Shown here piece by piece: positions 9,825 through 18,263 of a stretch of 32,000 nucleotides of DNA. The notes under the pieces were generated by a model. It was not told where the DNA came from. It was given only the letters and a program-made list of their open reading frames with translations, and searched no databases. Origin of the DNA: Archaeoglobus fulgidus DSM 4304 (GTDB lineage Archaea > Halobacteriota > Archaeoglobi > Archaeoglobales > Archaeoglobaceae); contig NC_000917.1 of the NCBI RefSeq assembly GCF_000008665.1, forward strand, positions 2,070,001 to 2,102,000. The letters run 5' to 3'. Position numbers and translations under genes: made by a program. Within the stretch, counting starts at the first letter, position 1. Every line of letters begins with the position of its first letter.

Positions 9825-10237
9825 CAGATGTTTCTCACCGGGTGCTTAGCTCCACAAGCAAGGCAGCGGAGCATCAGCACTCTCTCCTCTTTGATGAATT
9901 CCGTATCGGGAGAGTTGCACTCTCTGCATAGGACGTAAAGCCTCACGTAATCGTCAACCTCTTTCTGCAGCTCGCTCTCCGTAAACTTGCCCTGAAGAAC
10001 CAGCCTTCCGTTGTCGATGAAGCCGGCAGTACCGAGCGACTTGACGATGTACTTGTACAGGTGATCCTCACTTCTGTTCAGGGTTTTTGCAATCTGTGAG
10101 AAGTTCTTCAAAATCGTTCTCGCCCCCTCTCTCTGAATGCTAACTCTCGGTATCTCGAACCTCTCCCTTCTCACCACATCCTTATCTGCAAGCTTCTCGA
10201 AGGCTCTTTCAAGGAGTTCCTCGTAGCTTCTCATCAC
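9824..10237 (-). CDS. eif2b: Translation initiation factor 2 subunit beta (aIF2-beta)
   Basis: YEELLERA..., the central domain and the C-terminal zinc ribbon CRECNSPDT...CLACG are present. Confidence 0.9.
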   Translation of the reverse strand: MMRSYEELLERAFEKLADKDVVRRERFEIPRVSIQREGARTILKNFSQIAKTLNRSEDHLYKYIVKSLGTAGFIDNGRLVLQGKFTESELQKEVDDYVRLYVLCRECNSPDTEFIKEERVLMLRCLACGAKHPVRNI

Positions 10238-10309
10238 CGATACTCTGCCGCTTTGGATAAATACTTACCGCTCCGAAAACCCTTTTTTACTGCATGACCA
10301 CTATGAGGC

Positions 10310-11119
10310 ATGCTCTACCTTGGCGTCATAGGTTACCCCATCAAGCACTCAGTCTCTCCCGCAATGCACAATGCAGCTTTACAGCATGAGGGGATAGAGG
10401 GGATTTATCTGGCTTTTGAGGTTAAGCCAGACAGGCTGAGGGATGCAGTTTTCGGTGCTAAAGCCTTGGGATTCAGGGGGCTTAACGTCACGATCCCCTT
10501 CAAGGAGAGCGTCGTGGAGTTCGTTGAGCTTGAAGGTGAGGCGGCTAAGATAAAGACAGTGAACACCATCGACCTTGTTGAGATGGTGGGATACAACACG
10601 GATGTTTATGGTGTCAAGGCAGCCCTTTCGGGAACCGAGCTTGGTGGGAAGACTGCGCTGGTTGTTGGTGCAGGCGGGGCGGGGAAGGCTGCTGCATTGG
10701 CTTTGCTGGATATGGGCTCAACTGTTATCGTTGCAAACAGAACCGAGGAGAAGGGGAGAGAAGCGGTTGAAATGCTGAGAAGATATGGGGAGTGCATTTT
10801 CTGGCCTTTGAGCAGAGTAGAGGAGCTGAAAGGGAAGGTGGATGTTGTTGTTAACGCCACACCTCTCGGAATGCGGGGATTTAAGGCAGAAATTCCGGTT
10901 CCGCCTTCAATGCTCGATGGAGTTGAGCTGGTCTTTGACACCGTTTACAATCCTATGGAAACCCCGCTGATTCGTGAGGCGAAGAAGAGGGGCTGCAAGG
11001 TCGTTTACGGCATAGAAATGCTCGTCCATCAGGGGGCAAAGGCCTTCGAAATCTGGACGGGCATTGAGCCTGACGTTGGGGTGATGAGGGAGGCTGCTTT
11101 GAGGGCTTTGAGGTTTTGA
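10310..11119 (+). CDS. aroE: Shikimate 5-dehydrogenase
   Basis: GYPIKHSVSPAMHNAA, GLNVTIPFK, NTD and the Rossmann GAGGAGKA motif are present. Confidence 0.85.
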   Translation: MLYLGVIGYPIKHSVSPAMHNAALQHEGIEGIYLAFEVKPDRLRDAVFGAKALGFRGLNVTIPFKESVVEFVELEGEAAKIKTVNTIDLVEMVGYNTDVYGVKAALSGTELGGKTALVVGAGGAGKAAALALLDMGSTVIVANRTEEKGREAVEMLRRYGECIFWPLSRVEELKGKVDVVVNATPLGMRGFKAEIPVPPSMLDGVELVFDTVYNPMETPLIREAKKRGCKVVYGIEMLVHQGAKAFEIWTGIEPDVGVMREAALRALRF

Positions 11120-11207
11120 GATTTTTGGTTTGTTGTACATTCTGTGACATCATGGAATAATTCCCTCATCTAAAGGCACACCCCCAGCCCCCAAAACTAG
11201 AAAAACC

Positions 11208-11215
11208 ATTTATTA
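11208..11215 (+). promoter_or_regulatory. TATA-box-like element (ATTTATTA) with a purine-rich BRE-like stretch upstream; about 25 nt before the gatC ATG
   Basis: The sequence AGAAAAACCATTTATTACCC precedes the ATG at 11236 at leaderless-type spacing. Confidence 0.35.
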
Positions 11216-11235
11216 CCCACCCTTAACCACCCTTC

Positions 11236-11517
11236 ATGGTATCCATCGAGGATGTTTACCACACTGCCGAGCTCGCAAAAATTGAGATAACTGAGGAGCA
11301 GGCGGAGAAGTTCAGGAAGGAGTTTGAGACGATTCTCGATTACTTCAACATCCTCGACGAGGTCGAGGAGGATGTTGAGCCCACCTTTCACGTTCTTCCC
11401 CTGACCAACGTCTTCAGAGAAGATGAGCCGGGAGAGTGTCTGAAGCAGGAGGAGGCTTTGAGCAACGCGAAGCATAAGGAGGAGGGCTACTTCAAGGGGC
11501 CGAGGGTGGTGGAGTGA
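11236..11517 (+). CDS. gatC: Asp-tRNA(Asn)/Glu-tRNA(Gln) amidotransferase subunit C
   Basis: The 93-aa sequence V.H.A.LA.I.ITEEQAEKF...IL.YF is GatC-like. Its stop overlaps the gatA start (GTGA). Confidence 0.85.
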   Translation: MVSIEDVYHTAELAKIEITEEQAEKFRKEFETILDYFNILDEVEEDVEPTFHVLPLTNVFREDEPGECLKQEEALSNAKHKEEGYFKGPRVVE

Positions 11518-12887
11518 GGATTGCAGAATGGAAGGAGAAGGTTGAGAGTCAGGGATGCTACGATGCCGTCTCTGAGATGCTCGAAAGAATTGAGAAGAGC
11601 AGGCTGAACGCCTACATCACTGTCTGCAAGGATGAAGCGCTGAAAATGGCCGAGAAGTATGACAGGGGGGAGCTTAAGGGTAGGCTTGCGGGGATTCCTG
11701 TTGCTGTTAAGGACAACATCTCAACAAAGGGCATTCTCACAACCTGCGCCTCCAAGATGCTCAGCAACTACAGGCCTGTTTTTGATGCCCATGTTGTCGA
11801 GAAGTTGAAGCAGGAAGGGGCCATAATCATCGGCAAGGCCAACATGGACGAGTTTGCCATGGGCACCACAACGGAAACCAGCTACTTTGGAGTTGTGAGA
11901 AATCCCCACGATGAAGCGAGAGTTGCAGGAGGGAGCAGCGGTGGGAGTGGTGCGGTAATCGCTGCAGATGAGGCTGTTCTTTCGCTGGGAAGCGACACTG
12001 GGGGGAGCATAAGGTGTCCAGCAAGCTTCTGCGGAGTTTACGGGCTGAAGCCAACCTACGGCCTCGTTTCGAGGTATGGCTTAATTCCCTACGCCAACTC
12101 CCTTGAGCAGATAGGGCCGATGGCAGACAGCATCGAGGATCTGGCTCTGCTGCTTGAGGTGATAGCGGGCAAAGATACGAGGGACTCAACCAACGCAGGA
12201 AGGGAGTTCAGGTTTGAGCCAGAGGACAGGAAGCTGAGGGTTGGCATAATTGCGGAGATGGGAGGAAATGATGACGTCATGAAACGCTTCAACGAAGCTG
12301 TTGAGGTTATCAGGGAGAAGCATGAGGTTGGAGAGGTGAGCATGCCCTCCTTCAAGTATGCCCTCGCTGCGTACTACATCATCGCCATGAGCGAGGCTTC
12401 ATCCAACCTCGCAAGGTATGATGGAGTGAGATACGGCTTCGCCCTTGAAAAGCTGGACTCTTGGCGGAGGTACTTCTCGAAGGTTAGGGCAGAGGGCTTT
12501 GGTGATGAAGTGAAGAGGAGAATAATGCTCGGCAGCTACGCTCTGTCAGCAGGCTACTACGGAAAATACTACCTCAAGGCGCAGAAGGTGAGAACGCTCG
12601 TCATAAGGGATTTCAAGAAGGCCTTTGAGGAGTATGATGTTCTGATTTCGCCAACAATGCCAGCACTGCCCTTCAAGATCGGGGAGCTGGCCGACCCGCT
12701 GACAATGTATAAAGCTGATGTGAACACCGTCCCCGTGAACCTTGCGGGATTGCCTGCCTTGAGCGTTCCCGTCGGGATGGTTAAAGGCCTGCCGGTTGGC
12801 CTGCAGGTCATAGGGAACTACTTCAGCGAGAACACCCTGCTGAACTTCGGTAAGTGGGTGGGGGAGAGGTTTGGCGAGGGAGATTAG
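11514..12887 (+). CDS. gatA: Glu-tRNA(Gln)/Asp-tRNA(Asn) amidotransferase subunit A (amidase signature family)
   Basis: The amidase signature GGSSGGSGAVIAA...GSDTGGSIRCPA is present and the length is 457 aa. Confidence 0.9.
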   Translation: MRIAEWKEKVESQGCYDAVSEMLERIEKSRLNAYITVCKDEALKMAEKYDRGELKGRLAGIPVAVKDNISTKGILTTCASKMLSNYRPVFDAHVVEKLKQEGAIIIGKANMDEFAMGTTTETSYFGVVRNPHDEARVAGGSSGGSGAVIAADEAVLSLGSDTGGSIRCPASFCGVYGLKPTYGLVSRYGLIPYANSLEQIGPMADSIEDLALLLEVIAGKDTRDSTNAGREFRFEPEDRKLRVGIIAEMGGNDDVMKRFNEAVEVIREKHEVGEVSMPSFKYALAAYYIIAMSEASSNLARYDGVRYGFALEKLDSWRRYFSKVRAEGFGDEVKRRIMLGSYALSAGYYGKYYLKAQKVRTLVIRDFKKAFEEYDVLISPTMPALPFKIGELADPLTMYKADVNTVPVNLAGLPALSVPVGMVKGLPVGLQVIGNYFSENTLLNFGKWVGERFGEGD

Positions 12888-12908
12888 GGGCTGAAAACAT
12901 CAAAACAG

Positions 12909-13298
12909 CTAAAGGAAGCCGAATTCTGCCAAGTAGAAGTGCAGGTTCGTCAGAAACTCGTTTAAGGAGTGATAGGGGACGATTATGCAGCCTGAGTGAA
13001 AGCGCAGTGAATCGTCAATTAAGCTAACAACAACAGGAATGGCTCTTTTTCCTGTTAAGGCAGAAAACCTCTCGCAGCGCCTTCTGTGCTTCTCTGCCTC
13101 TCTTCGCAGCTGGGAAGCTCTGTACCTTGAGGCTGAGTATAGCTTGGCATCGAAGCACAGCACAATTCCGTAGCGCTCGGCCACAACGTCAATCTCTGCC
13201 CTCCCCTCCTCATCTTTGAAAACGAACCTGAACTTCGTTGAGAAGTCGTGTGCCTCGCAAATCCTCCTTACTTCCCCCTCAAACTCCTGCCATCTCAT
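12909..13298 (-). CDS. Restriction-endonuclease-fold (PD-(D/E)xK-like) protein
   Basis: The spacing of EGEV ... EIDVVA ... CFDAK fits an E...D...(D/E)xK nuclease core, and the size (129 aa) fits a minimal nuclease domain. No specific family is recognised. Confidence 0.45.
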   Translation of the reverse strand: MRWQEFEGEVRRICEAHDFSTKFRFVFKDEEGRAEIDVVAERYGIVLCFDAKLYSASRYRASQLRREAEKHRRRCERFSALTGKRAIPVVVSLIDDSLRFHSGCIIVPYHSLNEFLTNLHFYLAEFGFL

Positions 13299-13573
13299 CT
13301 GATTGCGTTTCTACCCGCCTCGCTCAGCTTCTCCTTCTCCACAAAAACGATGGCGTACTTCATCATCTCGTCAATCTCGTCCTCGTCCGCATCAAAGATG
13401 TCTGCTGGAAAGGCAAATTCAGCAAAGCAGTACTCCTTCTCCCCAACCATTGACTCGGAGAGCTTCTTGCAGAAGTCCGTCACATCGCTTGAGACGACGA
13501 CAACAACATCATCCTCCAGATGCCCCTCAAGAAACTTCAGAAAGCTCTCCTTGCTGAAGACGTAGGCTGGCAT
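13295..13573 (-). CDS. Small acidic hypothetical protein (92 aa), translationally coupled (ATGA overlap) to the downstream nuclease-fold gene
   Basis: The ORF has a 4-nt overlap with 12909-13298 and an acidic stretch, DIFDADEDEIDEMM. No family is recognised. Confidence 0.4.
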   Translation of the reverse strand: MPAYVFSKESFLKFLEGHLEDDVVVVVSSDVTDFCKKLSESMVGEKEYCFAEFAFPADIFDADEDEIDEMMKYAIVFVEKEKLSEAGRNAIR

Positions 13574-13811
13574 AAAAGGAGTTGGCTGAGAGGTTGATAA
13601 TTTTTATTGTTTTGGTTGAGGGAGTTTTAAAGCCCTGTCAAATTGGTTTCAAAACCATCTTTAAATACTGAAAAATATGGCACCAGTTTAAGGCAGAAGG
13701 GGCTGATGAGCAGTGGAGTTCTACAAGGTTGGATTCTGTTCAATATATGCATGCTGCTATCCGACTTTCCTATGCCCCAAACCTTTTTGAAAATCAAGCA
13801 AAACAAAGCTT

Positions 13812-14258
13812 GTGAACCTTTACTTCTTCACCTTCACCGGCAACAGCAGAAAAATTGCGGAAATGGTTGCAGATGAGCTCGCTGTTGAGTTAAGAGAAAT
13901 CAAGAGCCTCAGGCTTCCCTACATTGCATGGCTTCTGCTCTCCTTCGTCCCCTGCATGGCAGTTAAAATTGACGTCCAGCCTCCGACAGGTAAAGAAATA
14001 ATCCTTTGCTTCCCGAAATGGACTTTCAACTGCCCACCTGTAACAGCCTTCCTGAAAAAGTTCGCTAAAGGCAGGGAAATCCGAATGATAATCTGCTACG
14101 GTGGCTTTGACGAGAGAAGATATGCCGAATTTTACAAAAGCTTCGCTCTGAAGTGCGGAGCCAAAAAAGCTGATTACTTGCTCGTTAAGAGGAGGGAGCT
14201 AAGAGAGAACCCGGAAAAGGTTCGGGATAACATCAAAAAATGGCTGAAGATCAGCTAA
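13812..14258 (+). CDS. Flavodoxin-like fold protein (GTG start)
   Basis: The N-terminal LYFFTFTGNSRKIAEMVADEL resembles the flavodoxin phosphate-binding loop (T/S-x-T-G-N-T/S). The assignment is tentative. Confidence 0.45.
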   Translation: MNLYFFTFTGNSRKIAEMVADELAVELREIKSLRLPYIAWLLLSFVPCMAVKIDVQPPTGKEIILCFPKWTFNCPPVTAFLKKFAKGREIRMIICYGGFDERRYAEFYKSFALKCGAKKADYLLVKRRELRENPEKVRDNIKKWLKIS

Positions 14259-15369
14259 CGGCCGTCTCGACGCACTTCCTTAAGTCGCCAAAGGCTACAT
14301 CAACATCCCTTTTGTTCGGGAGGTAGTACAGCGCCTTTCCAGAGTTCACCATAATGCACCTGAACTTTGAGGTTGCCGGTGACACCACCATGCAGGTGTC
14401 CGAGAAAACTTTTACGCCAAGTTCCTCAAGCTTCTGGACGATTTTTTCAGCTTTTCTCGCAACATCTCTTGCTGTAAACACCCAGAACTCTTTTTTGGCT
14501 TTTCTGCCCCCCATCAGCTTTAAGATCGTTTCAAGCTCCCTGACAGAGGCGTGAGGACATCCAATTGTGATTAAATCTGGCTCACACGCCCTTTCAAGCC
14601 TATCGTCAACCTCGATTTTTTCAGCCGGCTTCTCAAAATCCTTCCACTCGGGAGTGTAATTTTCAGCATGAAACATCACGGTATTTCCGGTTGCGGCAAG
14701 CGCCGCACCGAGAAGCTTTAACTCCTCCTCAGTCACGCTCCTGTCAAAGACGAAGTAGGGTATTTGGTCTCTCAACTCCCTTCCAGCCTTGTAACCCGCT
14801 GCTGCAAGGTCACCCTTTAGCCTGACGAAGATTGTCGGTGCCCTGTTCTCCTTTATGTGCACACCGTAGTAGGGAATTTTGCCGATTATGGCAGCAGCTA
14901 TTGCTGATGGCCCGCTCTCCCTCTCAGTTCTCGCCCCTATTATGGAGTTTGCGTAGACTATTGCAGAGCTTTCAGCCCAGGCCAGATGGTCGCCGAACTC
15001 TGGCCTGAGAAGGTAGTAGGGTGTGCACGTCAGAGTCATCCTAACCCCAAGCCTCTCAAAAACTCTCAGAACGCGCATCTGCTTCTCATGGAACTCCTCA
15101 TCTATACCCATCTCCCTCCATCTCTCCACATCCATGCCCGCAGGATTGAGCGTTGCGGGAACTTTCAGCTTGGCATCAAGACTTTCAAGCCACTCCAGTC
15201 CAGCTTCACCGATGTTGTCGTAGCTAACCCCGGAAATGTGCGCCGATTTCACCTCCACAAGCCTTTCGGCCTCATTTGCCTCTCCTTCTGCAACAAGAAT
15301 TTCCATGCACTTTCTTATTGTATCGTTGTCACTCTCAAGCAGCCTCTCCTCATCCTTTGTCAGATACAT
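14251..15369 (-). CDS. Aconitase X catalytic-domain protein (DUF521); candidate phosphomevalonate dehydratase large subunit of the archaeal mevalonate pathway
   Basis: MYLTKDEERLL..., SAHISGVSY and the overall pattern fit the DUF521/AcnX large subunit. I chose the ATG at 15369, preceded by AGGAGGTG, over the ORF-track start at 15393. Confidence 0.6.
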   Translation of the reverse strand: MYLTKDEERLLESDNDTIRKCMEILVAEGEANEAERLVEVKSAHISGVSYDNIGEAGLEWLESLDAKLKVPATLNPAGMDVERWREMGIDEEFHEKQMRVLRVFERLGVRMTLTCTPYYLLRPEFGDHLAWAESSAIVYANSIIGARTERESGPSAIAAAIIGKIPYYGVHIKENRAPTIFVRLKGDLAAAGYKAGRELRDQIPYFVFDRSVTEEELKLLGAALAATGNTVMFHAENYTPEWKDFEKPAEKIEVDDRLERACEPDLITIGCPHASVRELETILKLMGGRKAKKEFWVFTARDVARKAEKIVQKLEELGVKVFSDTCMVVSPATSKFRCIMVNSGKALYYLPNKRDVDVAFGDLRKCVETAVS

Positions 15370-16169
15370 GCTTCCACCTCCTTTTTGAGCCACTCAGGCA
15401 AAGCAAATGCAGCTCTGTGGACATCAGGGTTGTAGTGAACGGTTTTCCCCTTTATTCTTTCAAATCTTTCCTCAAGATTGCTGAAGTCGTATTCTCCACC
15501 AATTATAAAGCTCCAGAGGGCAAGAGGGTAGGTCGGAACGCATGACAGGTAAACATCCCTCCTTTCAAAGGGGGCGGAGTTGACAAGCAGCGTTCTGAAG
15601 TACTCCTTCTGAATTAGAGGAGACTGAGACTGAAGGCTTATCACATCGCATTTTTGCCTCGCAAGCTCGAAGAACTCTCTGTCGAAGAGCGTGTCGCTAA
15701 CACCTACTGGATCAGTGCTGTCCACTATGATCACATCAAAAATCTCGCAGTCTCTCAGAAACTCCTTTCCATCCATAATCGCTATCTCAACCCTCTCGTC
15801 CTCGAATGCACCGTGGTCAATCTTCAAAAACTTTCTTGATAGGTCGATAACGTTCCTGTCTATGTCAACCAGCACCGCCCTCTCAACATTGTGCTTCAGA
15901 ACCTCTCTCAGCGCTCCACCGTCACCACCACCTATGACCGCAACCTTTCTCGGATTTTCGTGGGAAAGCATCGGAACGTGAACGAGCATTTCGTGGTAGA
16001 AGGGTTCATCAAGTTCTGTGAGCTGAATTTTTCCATCGATGACGAGCATTTTTCCCATCGATTCGGTCTCATAAATCTCGACTTTCTGAACCCCTTCTGC
16101 CTCGTAAAGCTTCTTTTTCACTTTGATTGCCAGGCCGCATCCGTCGTAGTACTCGAAGAACCAAACCAT
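15360..16169 (-). CDS. speE: Spermidine synthase / polyamine aminopropyltransferase
   Basis: LVIDGKIQLTE.DE..YHEML.H, VIGGGDGG and VIIVDSTDPVG are the canonical SpeE motifs. Confidence 0.85.
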   Translation of the reverse strand: MVWFFEYYDGCGLAIKVKKKLYEAEGVQKVEIYETESMGKMLVIDGKIQLTELDEPFYHEMLVHVPMLSHENPRKVAVIGGGDGGALREVLKHNVERAVLVDIDRNVIDLSRKFLKIDHGAFEDERVEIAIMDGKEFLRDCEIFDVIIVDSTDPVGVSDTLFDREFFELARQKCDVISLQSQSPLIQKEYFRTLLVNSAPFERRDVYLSCVPTYPLALWSFIIGGEYDFSNLEERFERIKGKTVHYNPDVHRAAFALPEWLKKEVEACI

Positions 16170-16202
16170 AAGCTAATAAAGGATTGACGGGATTATAAAC
16201 CT

Positions 16203-16715
16203 ATGGCTCTGGTCGTGGTGGACGTGCAGGAGAAGCTTGCCCCACACATTGAAGGAATTGAAGAGATGCTGAAAAGGACGGTAAAGCTCGTTAAAGCTAT
16301 AGTCGCCTTAAAACAGCCGGTTATCTTCACAGAGCAGATAAAGCTCGGCAAAACGGTTGATGAGCTTGCTGAATACGCTGAAGAGCCAATAGTAAAGTCT
16401 ACCTTCAGCTGCTACAAAGACGAGAACTTCAGAAGAAAAATAGAAGAGCTTAAGCCTGAGAAAGTAATTCTGGCAGGAATAGAGGCGCACATCTGCGTTC
16501 TGCAGACAGCAATCGACATGAAGAGGGCTGGGTACGATGTTTACGTCGTCGCTGACTGCACAGGCTCGAGGAAAGCTGAGGACAAGGAAATTGCGTTAAT
16601 GAGGCTCGCTGGTGAGGGAATAAAGCTTACCACGTGGGAGAGCATAGTTTACGAGCTTCTCGAGTCTGCAGAACATCCTGCGTTCAGGGAAATTCTACAG
16701 ATAGTGAAAAATTGA
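16203..16715 (+). CDS. Isochorismatase-family hydrolase
   Basis: VVVDVQ near the N-terminus, ILAGIEAHICVLQTA and the catalytic-Cys context VVADCTGS are present. Confidence 0.8.
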   Translation: MALVVVDVQEKLAPHIEGIEEMLKRTVKLVKAIVALKQPVIFTEQIKLGKTVDELAEYAEEPIVKSTFSCYKDENFRRKIEELKPEKVILAGIEAHICVLQTAIDMKRAGYDVYVVADCTGSRKAEDKEIALMRLAGEGIKLTTWESIVYELLESAEHPAFREILQIVKN

Positions 16716-17459
16716 TTACAGCTTCTCAATAAAATTTTTTAGGGCTCTGTTAAACTCATCGGGCTTTTCAAGCATAACCATGTGGCCCGCTTCCGGGATA
16801 ACAACCATTTCCGCTGACGGAATGTGCTTTTTGAAGAACTCGGAGTACTTCACGGGTGTTAAAGCGTCTTTCTCCCCAACGATGAGAAGCGTTGGGATAT
16901 CCACCTTTACTTTTCCGCTCCTGTAGTCTTCGAGAAGGTCGAATCTGTCGCAGAGGGAGAGGTCGAGATGGAGAACCCCCGCCCTCTCCGCAAAAACTTT
17001 AGAGAACTCCTTTGCAAGCTCTTGGTTCGAGAAAGCATACTTTGAAACCAATTCTGCAGCCTCTGCGGGCTTCTCCTTAAGCATAGTTAGAATTTCGGGC
17101 ATAACTCTTAGCCTTGCCCCTGTTCCAACGAGCACCAGAGCCTTCACAACCTTCGGATACTCAAGATAGATTTTCTGTGCAACCGCTCCTCCGAGGCTGT
17201 GACCGACTATAACAGCCTTGCCCATGAGCTTTTTCACGGTCTTTGCAACGAAGTAGGCGTAATCACCAATGTCCCTTATCTCCGCCGCGCAGCTACGGCC
17301 GTGGTTAGGCAGGTCAATGGCGTAGCCTCCAACATCCTCAAGCTGCCTTTCCCAGAGAGTTGCATCGCATCCCGAGCCATGGATGTACATCACGTCTTTC
17401 TCCTTCCCTTTAAGCACGGAAATCTTCAGGGCGTCGATTTCGAGAGTTATTCTTTCCAT
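16716..17459 (-). CDS. Alpha/beta-fold hydrolase (esterase-like)
   Basis: The HGSG oxyanion region, the nucleophile elbow GHSLGG and a C-terminal GH motif (EAGHMVMLE) are present. Confidence 0.8.
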   Translation of the reverse strand: MERITLEIDALKISVLKGKEKDVMYIHGSGCDATLWERQLEDVGGYAIDLPNHGRSCAAEIRDIGDYAYFVAKTVKKLMGKAVIVGHSLGGAVAQKIYLEYPKVVKALVLVGTGARLRVMPEILTMLKEKPAEAAELVSKYAFSNQELAKEFSKVFAERAGVLHLDLSLCDRFDLLEDYRSGKVKVDIPTLLIVGEKDALTPVKYSEFFKKHIPSAEMVVIPEAGHMVMLEKPDEFNRALKNFIEKL

Positions 17460-17545
17460 GTTAAAGATTAATTTTTACGGATTATATAAGATTTTGGAGA
17501 ATCAACGATCAAAACACAACTTGGCATCCCAATTATTTTCCCTTC

Positions 17546-17935
17546 AATCTGGAGGATGCTTCCACCAGAAAGCATTGCAGAGTTCATCCCACTCCAAACT
17601 TCTATGAGGCTTAATCTCATTATGCCATCCAACAACTGCTTCAACTGAGCCAAACTTTCCAGTCCCTCTCTCAACCTTTACTCTCGCAAGAATGTGCTTA
17701 ACCTTCTCTCTGCTTTTCGCAGCAACGAATTGGGTTCGTGTTCGGTAAGAATCTCTTCAGGAATGCCATACTCAGCAATCTCTCTCAAAACCTTGATCCG
17801 TTCTCAGTCGTTGCCTCATCAAAAACACTAACAGTGATCAGCCTTGAAGCGTCGTCCATGAAGGCCATAAAGACTATTCTGAGTATGTCCTTGTTCATTA
17901 GCTTCCTCACGTGGCAAAGTTCGAGTGTAAAGTTA
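17546..17935 (-). pseudogene. Degenerate DDE (rve/integrase-core type) transposase or integrase remnant, lacking its N-terminus and carrying at least 2 frameshifts
   Basis: My manual minus-strand translation gives three frame-shifted pieces. They are ...FMAFMDDASRLITVSVFDEATTENG.., then ..LREIAEYGIPEEILTEH.., then ..TQFVAAKSREKVKHILARVKVERGTGKFGSVEAVVGWHNEIKPHRSLEWDE... This matches the DDxSR ... TDxGxQF ... fYN..RPHxSL pattern of the rve core domain. Confidence 0.55.
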
Positions 17936-18003
17936 TTTCGGGATACTACAGATAAGCACAGTAACCGTAAAATTCATAAGACATCCCTCAAACAGACAAA
18001 CAG

Positions 18004-18076
18004 GGGCTCGTGGTCTAGGGGTCATGACGTCGCCTTGACGAGGCGAAGGTCGCCCGTTCGAATCGGGCCGAGCCCA
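18004..18076 (+). tRNA. tRNA-Val (anticodon GAC at 18037-18039), no encoded CCA
   Basis: I folded it by hand. The acceptor stem is GGGCTCG/CGAGCCC and the D stem is GTC/GAC. The anticodon stem is TCGCC/GGCGA with loop TTGACGA. The T stem is GCCCG/CGGGC with loop TTCGAAT, and the discriminator is A. Total length is 73 nt. Confidence 0.9.
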
Positions 18077-18089
18077 CTAAATTCTTAAA

Positions 18090-18100
18090 TTTTTAATTTT
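18090..18100 (+). terminator. Oligo-T tract (TTTTTAATTTT) downstream of tRNA-Val; likely archaeal termination signal
   Basis: T5 and T4 runs begin 14 nt after the tRNA 3' end. Archaeal RNA polymerase terminates at oligo-T. Confidence 0.35.
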
Positions 18101-18263
18101 GCTGCCTGTTCAGCTCTAAAAAAGCTCAATAATTTGTTTAAGGCTTCTGAAAAGTCATTTTTGGGTTTTTCTTCGAATAAGATGATTCAGATTTTGTTCC
18201 AGATCGTTCCAAGTGGAACATAGCGGAGGAAAGTTTCGTGATGAGCAAAGACTCACTCAGAGA

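Noticed and set aside
13248-13565. Two overlapping plus-strand ORFs (105 aa and 84 aa) opposite the 92-aa acidic gene
   Set aside because: They are Ser/Pro/Arg-rich antisense shadows. The minus-strand ORF is coupled to the downstream gene by an ATGA overlap and is the more plausible coding frame, although that ORF is itself only a hypothetical gene.
13695-13770. A possible C/D-box sRNA (CTGATGA at about 13702) in the 240-bp intergenic region before the flavodoxin-like gene
   Set aside because: There is no properly spaced D/D' (CTGA) and C' boxes and no terminal stem. A single box-C-like heptamer is expected by chance.
18003-18076. An extra G at 18003 that could act as the G-1 of a tRNA-His
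   Set aside because: The anticodon loop reads TTGACGA, so the anticodon is GAC (Val). The 7-bp acceptor stem is complete without the extra G.
17738-18088. A 116-aa plus-strand ORF running through the transposase remnant and across tRNA-Val
   Set aside because: It overlaps a confidently folded tRNA and is antisense to the rve remnant, so it is almost certainly spurious.
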